A stretch of 63,298 nucleotides of DNA, filler included, from Reticulomyxa filosa (lineage: Eukaryota > Protista > Foraminifera): NCBI GenBank assembly GCA_000512085.1. It is 19 parts of 19 records of this genome, joined end to end, with 100 filler letters (N's around TTAATTAATTAA, not from the genome) between each part and the next. Parts side by side here need not be neighbours in the genome. Positions count along the whole stretch, not along the records: positions 1 to 1,867 come from ASPP01008067.1; positions 1,968 to 6,069 come from ASPP01023978.1; positions 6,170 to 8,507 come from ASPP01003018.1; positions 8,608 to 10,796 come from ASPP01022304.1; positions 10,897 to 17,456 come from ASPP01023214.1; 14 more parts are not named here. One strand, given 5' to 3'. A program made the position numbers and the translations under genes. Shown here piece by piece: positions 1 through 11,310 of the stretch. Numbering within the stretch: the stretch's first letter is position 1; every line of letters starts with the position of its first letter. Under the pieces are notes generated by a model. That model was not told the origin of the DNA and ran no database searches. It saw nothing but the letters and a program-made list of their open reading frames with translations.

Positions 1-309
1 AATAATAATAATAATAATAATAATAATCTTGTTCCTCCTCCTGATATATCCCATCATCACCATTCTGCTATTGTTACTGAAAATACTGTTCAAATATCTC
101 CACTTAATGAAAATAAAAATGCTATCAAACTTTCTGTTACTCCTTCCAAAAATAAACCTTCTCAAAAAGATGGAAATAAATTATTCGATGCCACTGAATT
201 TAATGCCAAATTGGATCGCTCTGAATCTGGTCAAAGTCCCTCCATTTCCCCTTTTCGTAAATTTACAAGTGAAAAAACTAATCTTTCCCCATCCCCACAA
301 GTACGCTGA
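1..309 (+). CDS. 3' fragment of a low-complexity Asn/Ser/Pro-rich hypothetical protein
   Basis: Frame +1 is open from the contig start: NNNNNNNNNLVPPPDISHHHH...SPSISPFRKFTSEKTNLSPSPQVR*. Confidence 0.45.
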   Translation, partial: NNNNNNNNNLVPPPDISHHHHSAIVTENTVQISPLNENKNAIKLSVTPSKNKPSQKDGNKLFDATEFNAKLDRSESGQSPSISPFRKFTSEKTNLSPSPQVR

Positions 310-1340
310 TCCTTTTCTTTTGTGTTATTTTACATTGTAGTAGTCTTTTTAATTTACTTAGAAATTTCAAAATTAGAGTCTATTTACAGAAAAGATTTTT
401 ATGCGCAAAAAAAATAGTTTATCAGCTGGCCTACAGCAACAAAAAATTTTTCTTCAGAGGTACCGATCAAAAAAGTGATCACCACACATTGAGGATTTTG
501 CCTTATGTGCAACCAGATCAACCAAAGTGTCTCTTAATATTATTTTAAATAAAATAAATAATCATTGCAGTAACCCCTGTTAGAAGTGAGACAAAAGTGG
601 TTCGGAACGTAAATAAGAAAGTTTTTTGAAAAAAAGGGATTTCAAGGTGTTAAAGCTTCACATCAAGTCTTAACAAATGCCAACCACGTCATGATATTCA
701 ACAAAAAAAAAGAATGCTAGCTTGAATTTCGAATTGCACTTTTGGTTTGCAATGTGTTTGATTCTGTCTTGCCAAAAACACGTTGCTGTGATTTATGAGG
801 AGTACTTTAAGATTTGCACAAAGTGTAATACGAAAATGTTGCTCTTTAAGCGATTTTTCAACAAAAAAAAAAATTAATCAAAAGAAATATGAATAATAAA
901 CGACAACAAAAGAAAACGAGTGAAAGAGCAAAGATAAGTAAGTTTGAAATAAAAGAGGTCCCAAGGTTCCCTGACCTGTAGGGTCTTGCCTGCAATTTGT
1001 TCTTTCTTTGACCGACCTCTGGAGTCGTTGTTATTTTTAGTCGAGTTTGTAACAATTCTTCATGTTTCACTGTGAAAAGAGATAAAATTTTTTTGAATGG
1101 AGAATGGTGTTTTTTCAATTTTTTCTTAATTGCTTCAGTTTTTTAAGATAACTTTACACAAAATTTCTCGAGCTGTTTCCCTCTTTTCCCCTCCCCTGCT
1201 TCTAAGGTCTTAAAACTCCTTCTTGATAATAAATAATTTCTAAATTATAAAGTGAAGTTTCTATTATTTACTTGTTATCTTCCTTTCTCCTGAGCATCAA
1301 TTATATTTCCTAGATTTTTTTAAACGAAACTACGGCGTCA

Positions 1341-1747
1341 ATGAGTGACAGTGCACAAACGAAAGCTAGTGGTGAAGCAACACAAAAGATAGAAGAAAAA
1401 AAATGACAATGAATCAATAGTGTCCTCCTGGGAATGCAAGAATTGTGGCTTAATCAATAGTTTGAGGAATGATGCATGTGTGGCTTGTTTTTTCAAAATG
1501 AGAAAATGGGACACCAAAATCCCAAAAAAAATGAAAAGCCTGGTGAAAGAAACGCCTAGTGAAGGATATGTCTACAAAGAATTGAACGTACCAGAACCAA
1601 TGGAAGGAGAACTACTAATCAAATCATGTTGTGTTGGCATCTGTGGTAGTGATATCATTCTTTACAACTGGACGAAAGACGCACAAACCATTGCGAAATT
1701 GCCTTTCACTCCTGGCCATGAAGTAGCTGGGTTTGTTGTTAAGAAAG
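1341..1747 (+). CDS. tdh: 5' part of a Zn-dependent MDR-family L-threonine 3-dehydrogenase-like protein with an N-terminal RanBP2-type zinc finger
   Basis: WECKNCGLINSLRNDACVAC fits W-x-C-x2-C-x3-N-x6-C-x2-C. It is followed by MKSLVK...LLIKSCCVGICGSDIILYNW...PFTPGHEVAG (catalytic-Zn CGSD and GHE motifs). ATG at 1341 joins the ORF if the A8 run at 1396-1403 is A7. Splice donor GTAAG at 1748; truncated by the spacer. Confidence 0.8.
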
Positions 1748-1867
1748 GTAAGCATTCCAAACAAACACCACAAAGGCCAAGTCTACGTACCACCATATAG
1801 GTACATGTATCATAAACAACACTTTGGACCTGATTTTTTGATAAAAACGAAAAAAAAAAAAAAAAAA

Positions 1868-1967
1868 NNNNNNNNNNNNNNNNNNNNNNNNNNNNNNNNN
1901 NNNNNNNNNNNTTAATTAATTAANNNNNNNNNNNNNNNNNNNNNNNNNNNNNNNNNNNNNNNNNNNN
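1868..1967. other. Artificial contig-joining spacer N44-TTAATTAATTAA-N44. The same spacer occurs at 6070-6169, 8508-8607, 10797-10896, 17457-17556, 19197-19296, 22164-22263, 23426-23525, 26190-26289, 30257-30356, 31610-31709, 35879-35978, 46282-46381, 53217-53316, 54556-54655, 57451-57550, 59013-59112 and 62106-62205
   Basis: Identical 100-nt block with stop codons in all six frames at its centre, repeated 18 times; genes are truncated at these points. Confidence 0.99.
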
Positions 1968-2052
1968 TTTTTTTAGACTGAACAAAAATAATAAAATAAT
2001 ATATAACAATGACATGTAAATATAAATATAAATATAAATATTTTTTTGACAG

Positions 2053-4363
2053 TTGAAAAAATCAATGAAAGGACTTGGGACGAACGACGAGTTGCTGGTA
2101 CGCTGCATTGCGGGCCGAAGTGAGATCGACTTGCAAGAGATAATAGTTGTGTTCAACACCAAGTTTGGCGAGGGAAAGACGCTACTGCAGTGGCTGCGAG
2201 ACGACACGTCGGGAGCATACCGCAAGATCTTGATGGGCCTTTGTGGGTTTGACATTAGCAACTTGGGCGGAAATAGTGTGACGCTGCACTCCAATAGCAT
2301 CGCGGAAGCGGAAAAAAAGATGGACCCGAAAGCGTCGTCATCATCATCATCATCATCATCATCACCCGTGGACGAAGTAAAAGATGTGGACAGTTGGGAC
2401 GACTATTGCGTCACATCACCGACTGTCCGATTCAATGACGATGTGGATATTGATGTCACTGCTCGTCTGCTTGCGGAGCTGGCCGCGGAAAAAAAACCGG
2501 TATCAAAAAGTTCAAAAAAGAACTAATCAGTGTAATGACCACGATCAACAACGAACAAAGACAAGAACTGAAAAGAAAATTCCAAACTGCCCCCTCCAAT
2601 CCCAAAAAGACTTCATTGGAAGATGCCACTATTCACATACTTGGCAAGCGTGGCAAAACCACTGCCATTTTGCTGGTGCTGCTGACTCCATTGGCACAAT
2701 ATCGCGCCCAAATTGTTCGCGAAGGCCTGAAAAACCTGCCCGTGCTCATTGAAACCATTTGCACGTGCACCGACAAACAGCTCAAAGATACCATCAGCGC
2801 ATACAACATTTTATACAAGGGCGACATGGTCGGCGATGTCAACAAGGCCACAAAGAGCAAAAAAAAATCTCAACTCGATGCTCATGGAAATCGTGAAAGC
2901 ACAAAGGCCGGAAACTTTGCGAACCGATCTGGTCCAAGCTGAAAAAGATGCCAAAGAATTGAAAGAAAAAGGAGAAAGCAGCAAAACCGATGCCAGCGTG
3001 TGGGAACATTTCTTTGCTTCCAAGAGCTTGACTCATATCAAAAAGACAGCCGAACTTTATGCCAAAATTTCCGAACTCACGTTTTGCATTTATATATTTA
3101 TATATGCATATATATATATATATATATATATGCATATATGTATATATGTATATACATATCTATATACATATATATTTATATATACATATACATATATATG
3201 TTTTTATTGATTTTGTATTATCAAATACAATAGCATAATGTCAGTGGCACAAAAAGTTCTTGGAAACAATTCATTTATTGCGGCAGATACCATTTTCCAA
3301 ATGGCTACAAATCGCTTTGCATTTTTTGCAATTAAAGTTTAGTATGAAGACTATTTTTGCATCCAAGGGTCGTTACATTCTAATAGCATAATGGCATAGT
3401 GGCATATATGTATGTTATATTGATATACTTACATAGTTAAGAGATTCCATGAAAGGTGTGGGCTACAAGGCGGACATGTTGACCCGTGTCTTAGTTTTGC
3501 GAAGTGAGATAGACATGGGCGAGGTCCAACAAGAATTCGACAAAAGTCCCGATCAAACAAACAACAAAACATTGCTGCAATGGCTGACCGATGACTTAAG
3601 CGGCAGTTTCTTATCGACTTGTTTACGTTTGTCCGGATTGCATTCCACGAAACCTCATTCCAATGACAGCGACACGGAGTATTCCAACGTCAGACAGAAG
3701 ACCACAACGGCAGATCTTGCCAATGATGCGATGACAGAAGACGAAGACGAAAACATCACCGATACATCGAGAACTGCTCCGTTGTCTTCCAGCTATGGCG
3801 GAGAACAAAGCCCACAACCTTTGTCTACCACCAGCATAGGCAATGACACCGATACTGAAACACCACGAAAGAGTGCGGAGGATTCTAAAAAAGCTAGTAT
3901 TACTCGTACCCCACTTTCATTTAAGGTTGATGAGTTTGCATCCTTTGTTCAAAAGCGCATGAATGATGCTACTGTGAATAAAATATGGGCGCATTTGGAT
4001 GCGGACAACAGTGGAGAAATTGAAAAAGAAGAACTTCTTTCGTTGCTGGTTTTCACTTGTGTTCTCTTCCAAGCCTTTGTTGCCAAGGTAAGTTTGCTTG
4101 TTTTCTCAGGCAAAAGTTGGAAGAAAACTCACCAAGTATGGATTGTTGCTATTAAAAAAAAATTAAAATAAAAAAAATAGACTAACAAACAAGACGCTCC
4201 AAAAATTGACAAAAAAGCGATGAAAGAGGAGCTGAGACCCATGAAGGACTGGATTGTCGAATCTAAAATGGTAAACAAAGAGTCAATTCAAAAAGCGGAG
4301 TTCACCACTTTGTTAGGTGGCTGGATCATGGAATATCATCACGAAATTAGCTCACAGCCATAA
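2053..4363 (+). CDS. Annexin-family protein with at least 5 annexin repeats and a C-terminal EF-hand (5'-truncated, multi-exon)
   Basis: Annexin repeats: [29 protein letters not shown]; [17 protein letters not shown]; [14 protein letters not shown]; [15 protein letters not shown]; [31 protein letters not shown] loop [12 protein letters not shown]. Introns about 3081-3233, 3337-3436 and 4088-4180. Frameshifts at A-runs near 2489-2496 and 2859-2867. Confidence 0.88.
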
Positions 4364-5060
4364 GGAAAAATATTTTGATTTCTTTTTTTATTCGAAAATA
4401 TTGCGTCTGTGTTTTTTTTATTTTTTTTACATGTGTGCATTTACTTTCTTTTTTTTTTTCACATTTCCTTCTTCCCTCTATCTTTTGTACATTGCTTTCG
4501 GATTGGCTACTCGAACAATATTTGACTTTTGGTCTTTGGGAGGAAGGCTCGAAAAATGAGACAAAAAGCAGCTTTGAAATTTTGCTCTGGAGTTTGGTTA
4601 TTCAGTCAAAATTTCATTGCATTTGATATAATTTCACTATTTGTTTTCTTGTTGAGAAAACTTGTCATGTTTTAAAATGTTACTCTCAAGAAAATATTAT
4701 CTAAGTGGTTTTGTCGTATTGAATTGTACAACGAAATATCTCAAAAAGGAAAACTCAATATTTGGACATATTGAGCTAAGGATTACATTTTTGTGATAAA
4801 TGGTTGCGAAATTGTTTTTTAAAAAATTGATGATACCCAATCACATGTTTGTGCATTCAAAGAAATAAAGATTTTAAGTCGGTTACGTCTGGTAGTGTCC
4901 GAGACAAAAGAGTTTAATAATAATAAAAAACACTAACAAAAATGAGACGATACCACAACCGCACAAATTTGAAAATCACAGCCAAACAAAGGAAAAAAAA
5001 GAAAAAAAAGACAGGTCACCCTGACATAAGTAATTTAACTATTAAAAAAAAGAGAGCGAA

Positions 5061-5995
5061 TTAGGCATGCCCAGTCAATAATAGATTGAACACGTGTCTC
5101 AAAGTAAAAATGCCAACAAATTTTTTTTGAGGTGTCAAAACAAATGACAAATGTTGTCTTTTAGAAAGCATATTGAAGACAACATCAAATACATTTGCAT
5201 TTAAAGTCGTATGAGGCACATGTCGCGAATTTTTGTGGCGTGCCAAAAAATCTGATATTTTGGTATCCAATTGCATATAAACGCGATCAATCACAAAGAA
5301 CTGGTCCAAACAATACATTTCAAAAAAAAAAACTCGTGTACGTAGTTTCATATTTATGTCAGAGATATATGTCCAAAAAGGACACACAAAAAACGAAACT
5401 CGAATGTCGCTGCGAATAAAAGCATCTTGGACTTCCCCAGTAAGTGGATTGGTAATAGGAATTGCAGAGACTGTTTTGTCCTTGGACAGGATTCGCACCG
5501 CTTGCAGCAGCGTATCATTAATTGTCAGCGTTGGAGCAACAGGGTCAAATTTAAGATTTAAATCCGACAAAGGAATATTGACTGAGGTCCGATAAGTTTC
5601 GTCCATCTTTGTTTTATTTTTATTTTTATTTTTAAAAGAAATTGTTATCGATCAGAAATCTATTTTTTTTTTTTTTTAGAAAAAAGATTGATTGTTACAA
5701 ATCGTATAAGGTCTTAAAAAAAAAAAAGAACTTGTTGGATGATAAATCGAAGTATTTTGGAATAATTTAAAATGCCAACGATTGACTTTTGGTCGTCGGA
5801 TTTTGTGATCGGCATTCGATGAATAAAATGACGATTTAACTTTGTAACGGCTTCAAAGATCTTTGTATCGTATCGACACGTTAAAAAAGTCCATTGTTTC
5901 ATTTTTTCATTGTGTTTTTGCCGAAACTTTGCCCACGCACCAACATACAAGTTTTCCAATTCACTTATCTTTTGGTTCAGCGTTTGTTCGTTTTG
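5061..5995 (-). CDS. CBS-domain protein, AMPK gamma/SNF4-like (3' part, about 3 exons)
   Basis: TKIFEAVTKLNRHFIHRMPI...IVGILNYSKILRFI resembles CBS2 of AMPK gamma; further CBS motifs TLLQAVRILSKDKTVSAIPI and FVGIFTLRHVFNLLL. Confidence 0.75.
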
Positions 5996-6821
5996 AGCAT
6001 AATAATTCAATATACTTTTTTTTTTTTTCAAAAAAAAAATGTTCACAAGTTATTTTTATTTGTTTATTTNNNNNNNNNNNNNNNNNNNNNNNNNNNNNNN
6101 NNNNNNNNNNNNNTTAATTAATTAANNNNNNNNNNNNNNNNNNNNNNNNNNNNNNNNNNNNNNNNNNNNGTCTGCACCAAGTGGAGACACCACACCAAAA
6201 CTGCAGGAGTGAGGCAGTTCGTATTTGTTGTGCCTGTGGAGACACCATAAAAAAATACTTGCGAGGCACCACATCATGATCTCTGGTCGGGGAGATCATT
6301 GCATAAGCCAACTTTGGTCGGGAGTTGGCTGTGCACTTGAGTTTACCTTTGGTCGGGAGAAACTCAGTCGGGAGACTCGAACACTCCTTTCACGCTTCAT
6401 TTGACCTCAATTGATCCAGATGCATTGAGTGGACATAAATAGAGCTATACAATTGAATGTATATTCTTCCTCGATCGATAGATCTTTCTGCTCCTGAAAA
6501 GGAACTCCTCCATTCACTCCATCCAATGTTCTTCTTTTTCTTCTTTTTTTCCTTTTTTTTTTTTCTTTTTCTTTTTTTTCTATTTCTATATTCTATTCTC
6601 TTTCTATCCACAAATACTTCGTTGCTGCACCAATCGCTCCATTCAGTCCAGACTTCCCATTTTCCAAATTGCATCACCATGTCCAGTCGCATTACCAAGT
6701 TCCATTGAAACAATTATAACGTTTGATATCAACACTACGATGAAGCATACAAGACCAGCAATTGACAATAAATAAAAAACTAATTACAATGTCTCTGTTG
6801 TTGTTGTTCGAATTTCTTTTT

Positions 6822-7030
6822 TTCACTGGAGTCCATTCTTTTTTCACTTGAGTCCATTTTTTGTTCATTGTGGTCCATTTTTTTTTCAATAGGGTCCATT
6901 TTCTTTTTTAATACTTTGGACGATGTTGTGTTGGACTTTTTTTTTTTTAATCATTTGGACAATGCCTTGCCATTTTTTTTCCAATAATTTGAACGATGTC
7001 TTGGCCATTTTTTTTCATCACAATAATTTC
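6822..7030. repeat. Degenerate minisatellite: four 21-bp GTCCATT units followed by ~37-bp TTGGAC/GCCATTTT units
   Basis: GTCCATT starts at 6831, 6852, 6873 and 6894 (exact 21-bp period). Confidence 0.7.
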
Positions 7031-9389
7031 GTGTATGTTCAAATTGATCTTTCGCATTTCTATTCTGCCAACCTGTACATTATCACAAACTTATACAAAT
7101 AAATAAAAAATAAAACAAAACTTTTATAATATAATCTTTTCTCTTTTTGAAAAAACCGATCTTGGTACTTTCATCTATTATGCACACACAATATAAAAAA
7201 AAAAAAAACCCAACATACAAACTTATTTTTTTTTTATTTTCAAAACCAAAAAAACAATAAAACCCTCTTTTGGAATGTATTTCGTAATTGTTAAGATAGT
7301 GGCAATATTTTCTTATGGTCAGGTCTCTCCAAATTGGTGTTACAAGCATTGCGAAGTTCAACAGATTGATGAAGAGATACCACACGACGATAAAAGCGCT
7401 TACTTTGCTTGATGGAGGCAGTCACACGATATTTATTCGCATTTTGATCATTGTCTCCATTTTTTGTACCTTTTTCCACCATTGCTTCTTTTTTTCCACT
7501 AATTGTACCTTTTTTCACATTTGCTTCGTTTCACTTTACGTTTTCACTTGCCTTTTTTTTTTTCATTCTTTTTTTCTAACGATGAGAAGGGGATCATCAC
7601 TTTTATTTGCTTGTTGGGTATGTGTGTGTATTTCAATCACCTTTTTTTTATACTTTGTTTTTTATTATGATTACTATGGATTAGCTTGATATTATTTTCT
7701 ATATTGATATTCAGTAGATACTGCAGTCTAGTAATGGCGTTCCTGTAAATGAGCTCCTTTGATTATGATTTGTATAATCCCCTTTGATAATTATTATCTC
7801 GGCTCATATCACTCGCATGATATAGTGATCAAAACAACAAGCTTAGTAAGATGCAATCATCATAGCAGTAACATCTCGATGCAGTCGATATAGCCACTTT
7901 CTATGAAAAAGGGAATGATTGATATAGTATAGTCTCTTTCCTTTCCACATTTGCTTATTTATTTATTTCATCCAATACTTGTTCTCATTATTCTTTTCTT
8001 CTTTCAAGCTACGAGACAATTCTGAACTTGTCTCTTTTGTCTGTTCTTTTTCTTATTCATTCTCCTTGGTACACAAATCCATCTTCCATTTCTTCTGGGG
8101 TAACACATGATTCGGATTGTGACATCCTATCTCTTTATGATGGCTCGATGATGCAGTAGTTTTTTTTTTACCTTCAATAGAAATAAAAGGTTAAAATCAC
8201 TCTTACCTTTTTTTTTTTTGGTATTTTGATTACACTTTATATTTCGCCGTAATAGTATTTTTGTTACTTTGAGTTATTTTAAAAATATTTTAGATATGAA
8301 AGACATACATTTAAATTTTCATCTTGAAAAAAAAATATAAGTGAAAAATTCTTGTGTTGAAACCCTTAATGCTGATGATGTTATCAAACTCTCGCTTATT
8401 TTATTTTTGTGGCCAATTCCTCGGTCAAATGGAGTGTCTTGGCTTCTTCAAAGCGAACCTTTCTCTCAGATTTGCTTGGAACAGACGTGTTTTGTTGGAA
8501 AAAAAAANNNNNNNNNNNNNNNNNNNNNNNNNNNNNNNNNNNNNNNNNNNNTTAATTAATTAANNNNNNNNNNNNNNNNNNNNNNNNNNNNNNNNNNNNN
8601 NNNNNNNTTGTTAAAAATTAAATATGAATTAAAATTTAATTAGGATAGATCTATAATTTTGACAAATTTATTATCAATTATGTTCAAAATAATTAATATC
8701 AGATTATTTATTAAAAGCAATAAAAACAGTAAGCCATATAAAATAACAATCTTTTAATTTATTTTGATATCCATTATATTTATTTACATCATAAATTAAA
8801 TGAATATAATTATCGTTTTTTTTGCTCTGAATAAAATCAAGAACTTTTTGAAGATGATTTTTAGAATATGAGTATTTAAATAACATGGATTATCAACATT
8901 GAATGACCATATTTGCTGTAATAAATTTTCTAAAATATTATAATAAACACGAGTACCATTACTGCAAACTTGTCAAATATTATTAAAGGAGATTTACCAC
9001 ATAATTCTAATGTTTATCATATTACGAGCATTATGTTTAGATCTATTTATTTGCATATATTAATAGATGTATAAATATTTATATATTTGTATACATACAC
9101 TGTAAATGTTATTTTATCTATTAGATTATTTTTTATCAATTCTTCAATCACCATAAATTATATTTAATACACTTTCTGGTATTCCACATTCTTGAACAAT
9201 TTTGTGTAAGTCATGAATGTGTACATAAATGGAAGTTGATGTTCATCATAAAAACATCAAAAATTTGTAGACACATAATCGTGTGGTCTTGCTTTGTAGT
9301 GATATGACATGTTTATGCATGTAACATTAATTGATATGTAAATGCAGATATTTACAAAGAAATTCTAGGTGATGAAATGCTAAGAAACC

Positions 9390-9728
9390 ATTAATTGGGG
9401 TTTAAAGAAATGGAAATTAGATATTTCAGCAAGATAATGCCGCTAGCCACACAGACATTAAAGCAAAAGAATGGTTTAAACAAAATGCTATGAATGTATT
9501 GAATTTTACTACAAATTCTCCAGACCAAAACAAAATCGAAAATCTGTGGTGGATAGTGAAAACAAAAATATTCAAAAATAGACCATTCGGATCAAAAGAA
9601 GATTACAGAAACAATTTGAATTAGAATGTAAAAAAAATGACAAAGAAACATGCACAAGCTTAACAAAATCAATTCCAGAGAAAGTACAAGCAGTATACAA
9701 TGCAAAAAGTGATTTAAACAAATGGTAA
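9390..9728 (+). mobile_element. Degenerate Tc1-like (IS630/Tc1/mariner, D34E) transposase C-terminal fragment
   Basis: From 9421: IFQQDNAASH...EWFKQNAMNVLNFTTNSPDQNKIENLWWIVK, with 34 residues between D and E. After a frameshift: CTSLTKSIPEKVQAVYNAKSDLNKW*. Confidence 0.85.
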
Positions 9729-10454
9729 TTTTCATTAAAAACAGCCTTACAAAAAAAAAATTTAGTTCTTATGCTTTTGAATTAACTTAACTTAATTGGC
9801 ATTAGACAAAAAGCAAAAAACCAATAATAAGTAAAAACAAAGGAAACAGTAGTCAAAAATTATCATACCTTCACAATGTACAAACTTTGAAAATAACATT
9901 AAATTCTGCAAAAAATGTTTGGTTAACAAAAAATTGAGTTTTCTCAAAAACTACGCAACGTAGAAGACTAATCTTTTTTTTACAAATATCTACGAATCGA
10001 GAACTTTCTAAAAATGCTTAAAAAAAAGTTGGCAAGTTTCATGGTTACGACGTATGCACGATTGTCAACTTTTTCTTGTGAATTACTGCAGATAAAACAT
10101 CGACAATGTAAGAATATTATTAAAAACGACAAATGTATAAAATGATTTTTAAATATGTTAAGTTATTTAACGATATAATATTTAACTTAGTAGCATTATG
10201 TACAGCAATTTATAAGTCAAAAATGAAAGCAAATATTTCCAAATATAAAAATAACATTTTTGTTTTTCTTATGTGGAAAGACAGTTTCAGTTTAGTTTTA
10301 AAAGGTGAAAACAAAGCTGTCGTCCGTTTTACGTATACTGAAAAATATTCAACTGGTCTCAATGTGGTTATTTCCAATCAAATATACAAGCAAAAATGAA
10401 TAGTAAAAAAAACAAACAAAAAAATTTCAAAATAACCATTTTTTATAAAAAAAA

Positions 10455-10796
10455 TCAAAAACTTCCACCATATTGTTCAACAACTGACATCAGTAAAAAA
10501 GTTACACCTTTTGCATCTTTCCAAGTGCTGCCCTTCAATGACAAACCAGTACTTTGAACACCACTTTGCCAAATGCATTTCCATAAAGACTTTTTATCTT
10601 GCGAACCTGATACGAATTTTCTGTTAAAAGCAAAAAAACGATTACTCGAAACATCAGACGTGCCTGCAGCGCGATCGGAAAACAAATCATGCAAACGAAT
10701 GGTTTTATCAGATGAACCAGAAACAATACTGTTGCCATCAGGTGAAAATTGGACAGAAGTAACAACATTTGAATGACCTTCTAAAGATTGAATTTG
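10455..10796 (-). CDS. 3' end of a WD40-repeat protein
   Basis: QSLEGHSNVVTSVQFSPDGNSIVSGSSDKTIRLHD, followed by the tail ...GLSLKGSTWKDAKG...VEQYGGSF*. Confidence 0.8.
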   Translation of the reverse strand, partial: QIQSLEGHSNVVTSVQFSPDGNSIVSGSSDKTIRLHDLFSDRAAGTSDVSSNRFFAFNRKFVSGSQDKKSLWKCIWQSGVQSTGLSLKGSTWKDAKGVTFLLMSVVEQYGGSF

Positions 10797-10896
10797 NNNN
10801 NNNNNNNNNNNNNNNNNNNNNNNNNNNNNNNNNNNNNNNNTTAATTAATTAANNNNNNNNNNNNNNNNNNNNNNNNNNNNNNNNNNNNNNNNNNNN

Positions 10897-11310
10897 ATTT
10901 TCTTCATTCAATATTGCAACACATCCATCTAATGGACTGGACAAAGTGCTTCAAAATGTCACTGATTTTGAAACATAAGATGCATCATTGATACATACAT
11001 ATGCATAAAAAAAGGAATGATGTAATATTATGACAAACATGTAGTTAATGAAATTGAAAAATGTTGTTATCTTTATCATATTCAATTGATAATTCTGTCT
11101 TTTTACAAAACAACAGCATTTGATAATTTTGTTTATTTGTTTCCATTATTTCTGATCTATTTTCTGATTTTGATACAAAGCAATGATAATTGATAAAATC
11201 CAATATTTAATAAATTGAAATGTATTTAAATCAAATACACTAATATTATCTTTATAAGAAGTTGAAAGATATGAATATAATAATTGTTGATGTAAACAAG
11301 ACAATCTAAA
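10897..11310 (-). pseudogene. Kelch-like repeat family pseudogene fragment
   Basis: Frameshifted segments VFDLNTFQFIK, QNYQMLLFCKKTELSIEYDKDNNIFQF, YAYVCINDA and TLSSPLDGCVAILNEE, interrupted by stops. Confidence 0.65.

Noticed and set aside
1396-1406. Euplotes-like programmed +1 frameshift at AAA-TGA, and other frameshifts at 2489-2496, 2859-2867, about 45800 and about 50722
   Set aside because: The shifts go in both directions, mostly at homopolymer runs and mostly without an adjacent stop. Homopolymer sequencing error is the simpler explanation; raw reads would settle it
1912-1923. Recurrent palindromic TTAATTAATTAA as a biological repeat, piggyBac TTAA site or array
   Set aside because: Always centred in N44 flanks; it is an assembly linker with stops in six frames
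3081-3233. YIYI/CVCV/FFFF/KKKK-rich ORFs throughout the window
   Set aside because: Translations of intronic (TA)n, (CA)n and poly-A/T tracts
7290-8200. Possible decayed gene or transposon body
   Set aside because: No identifiable domain in any frame by eye
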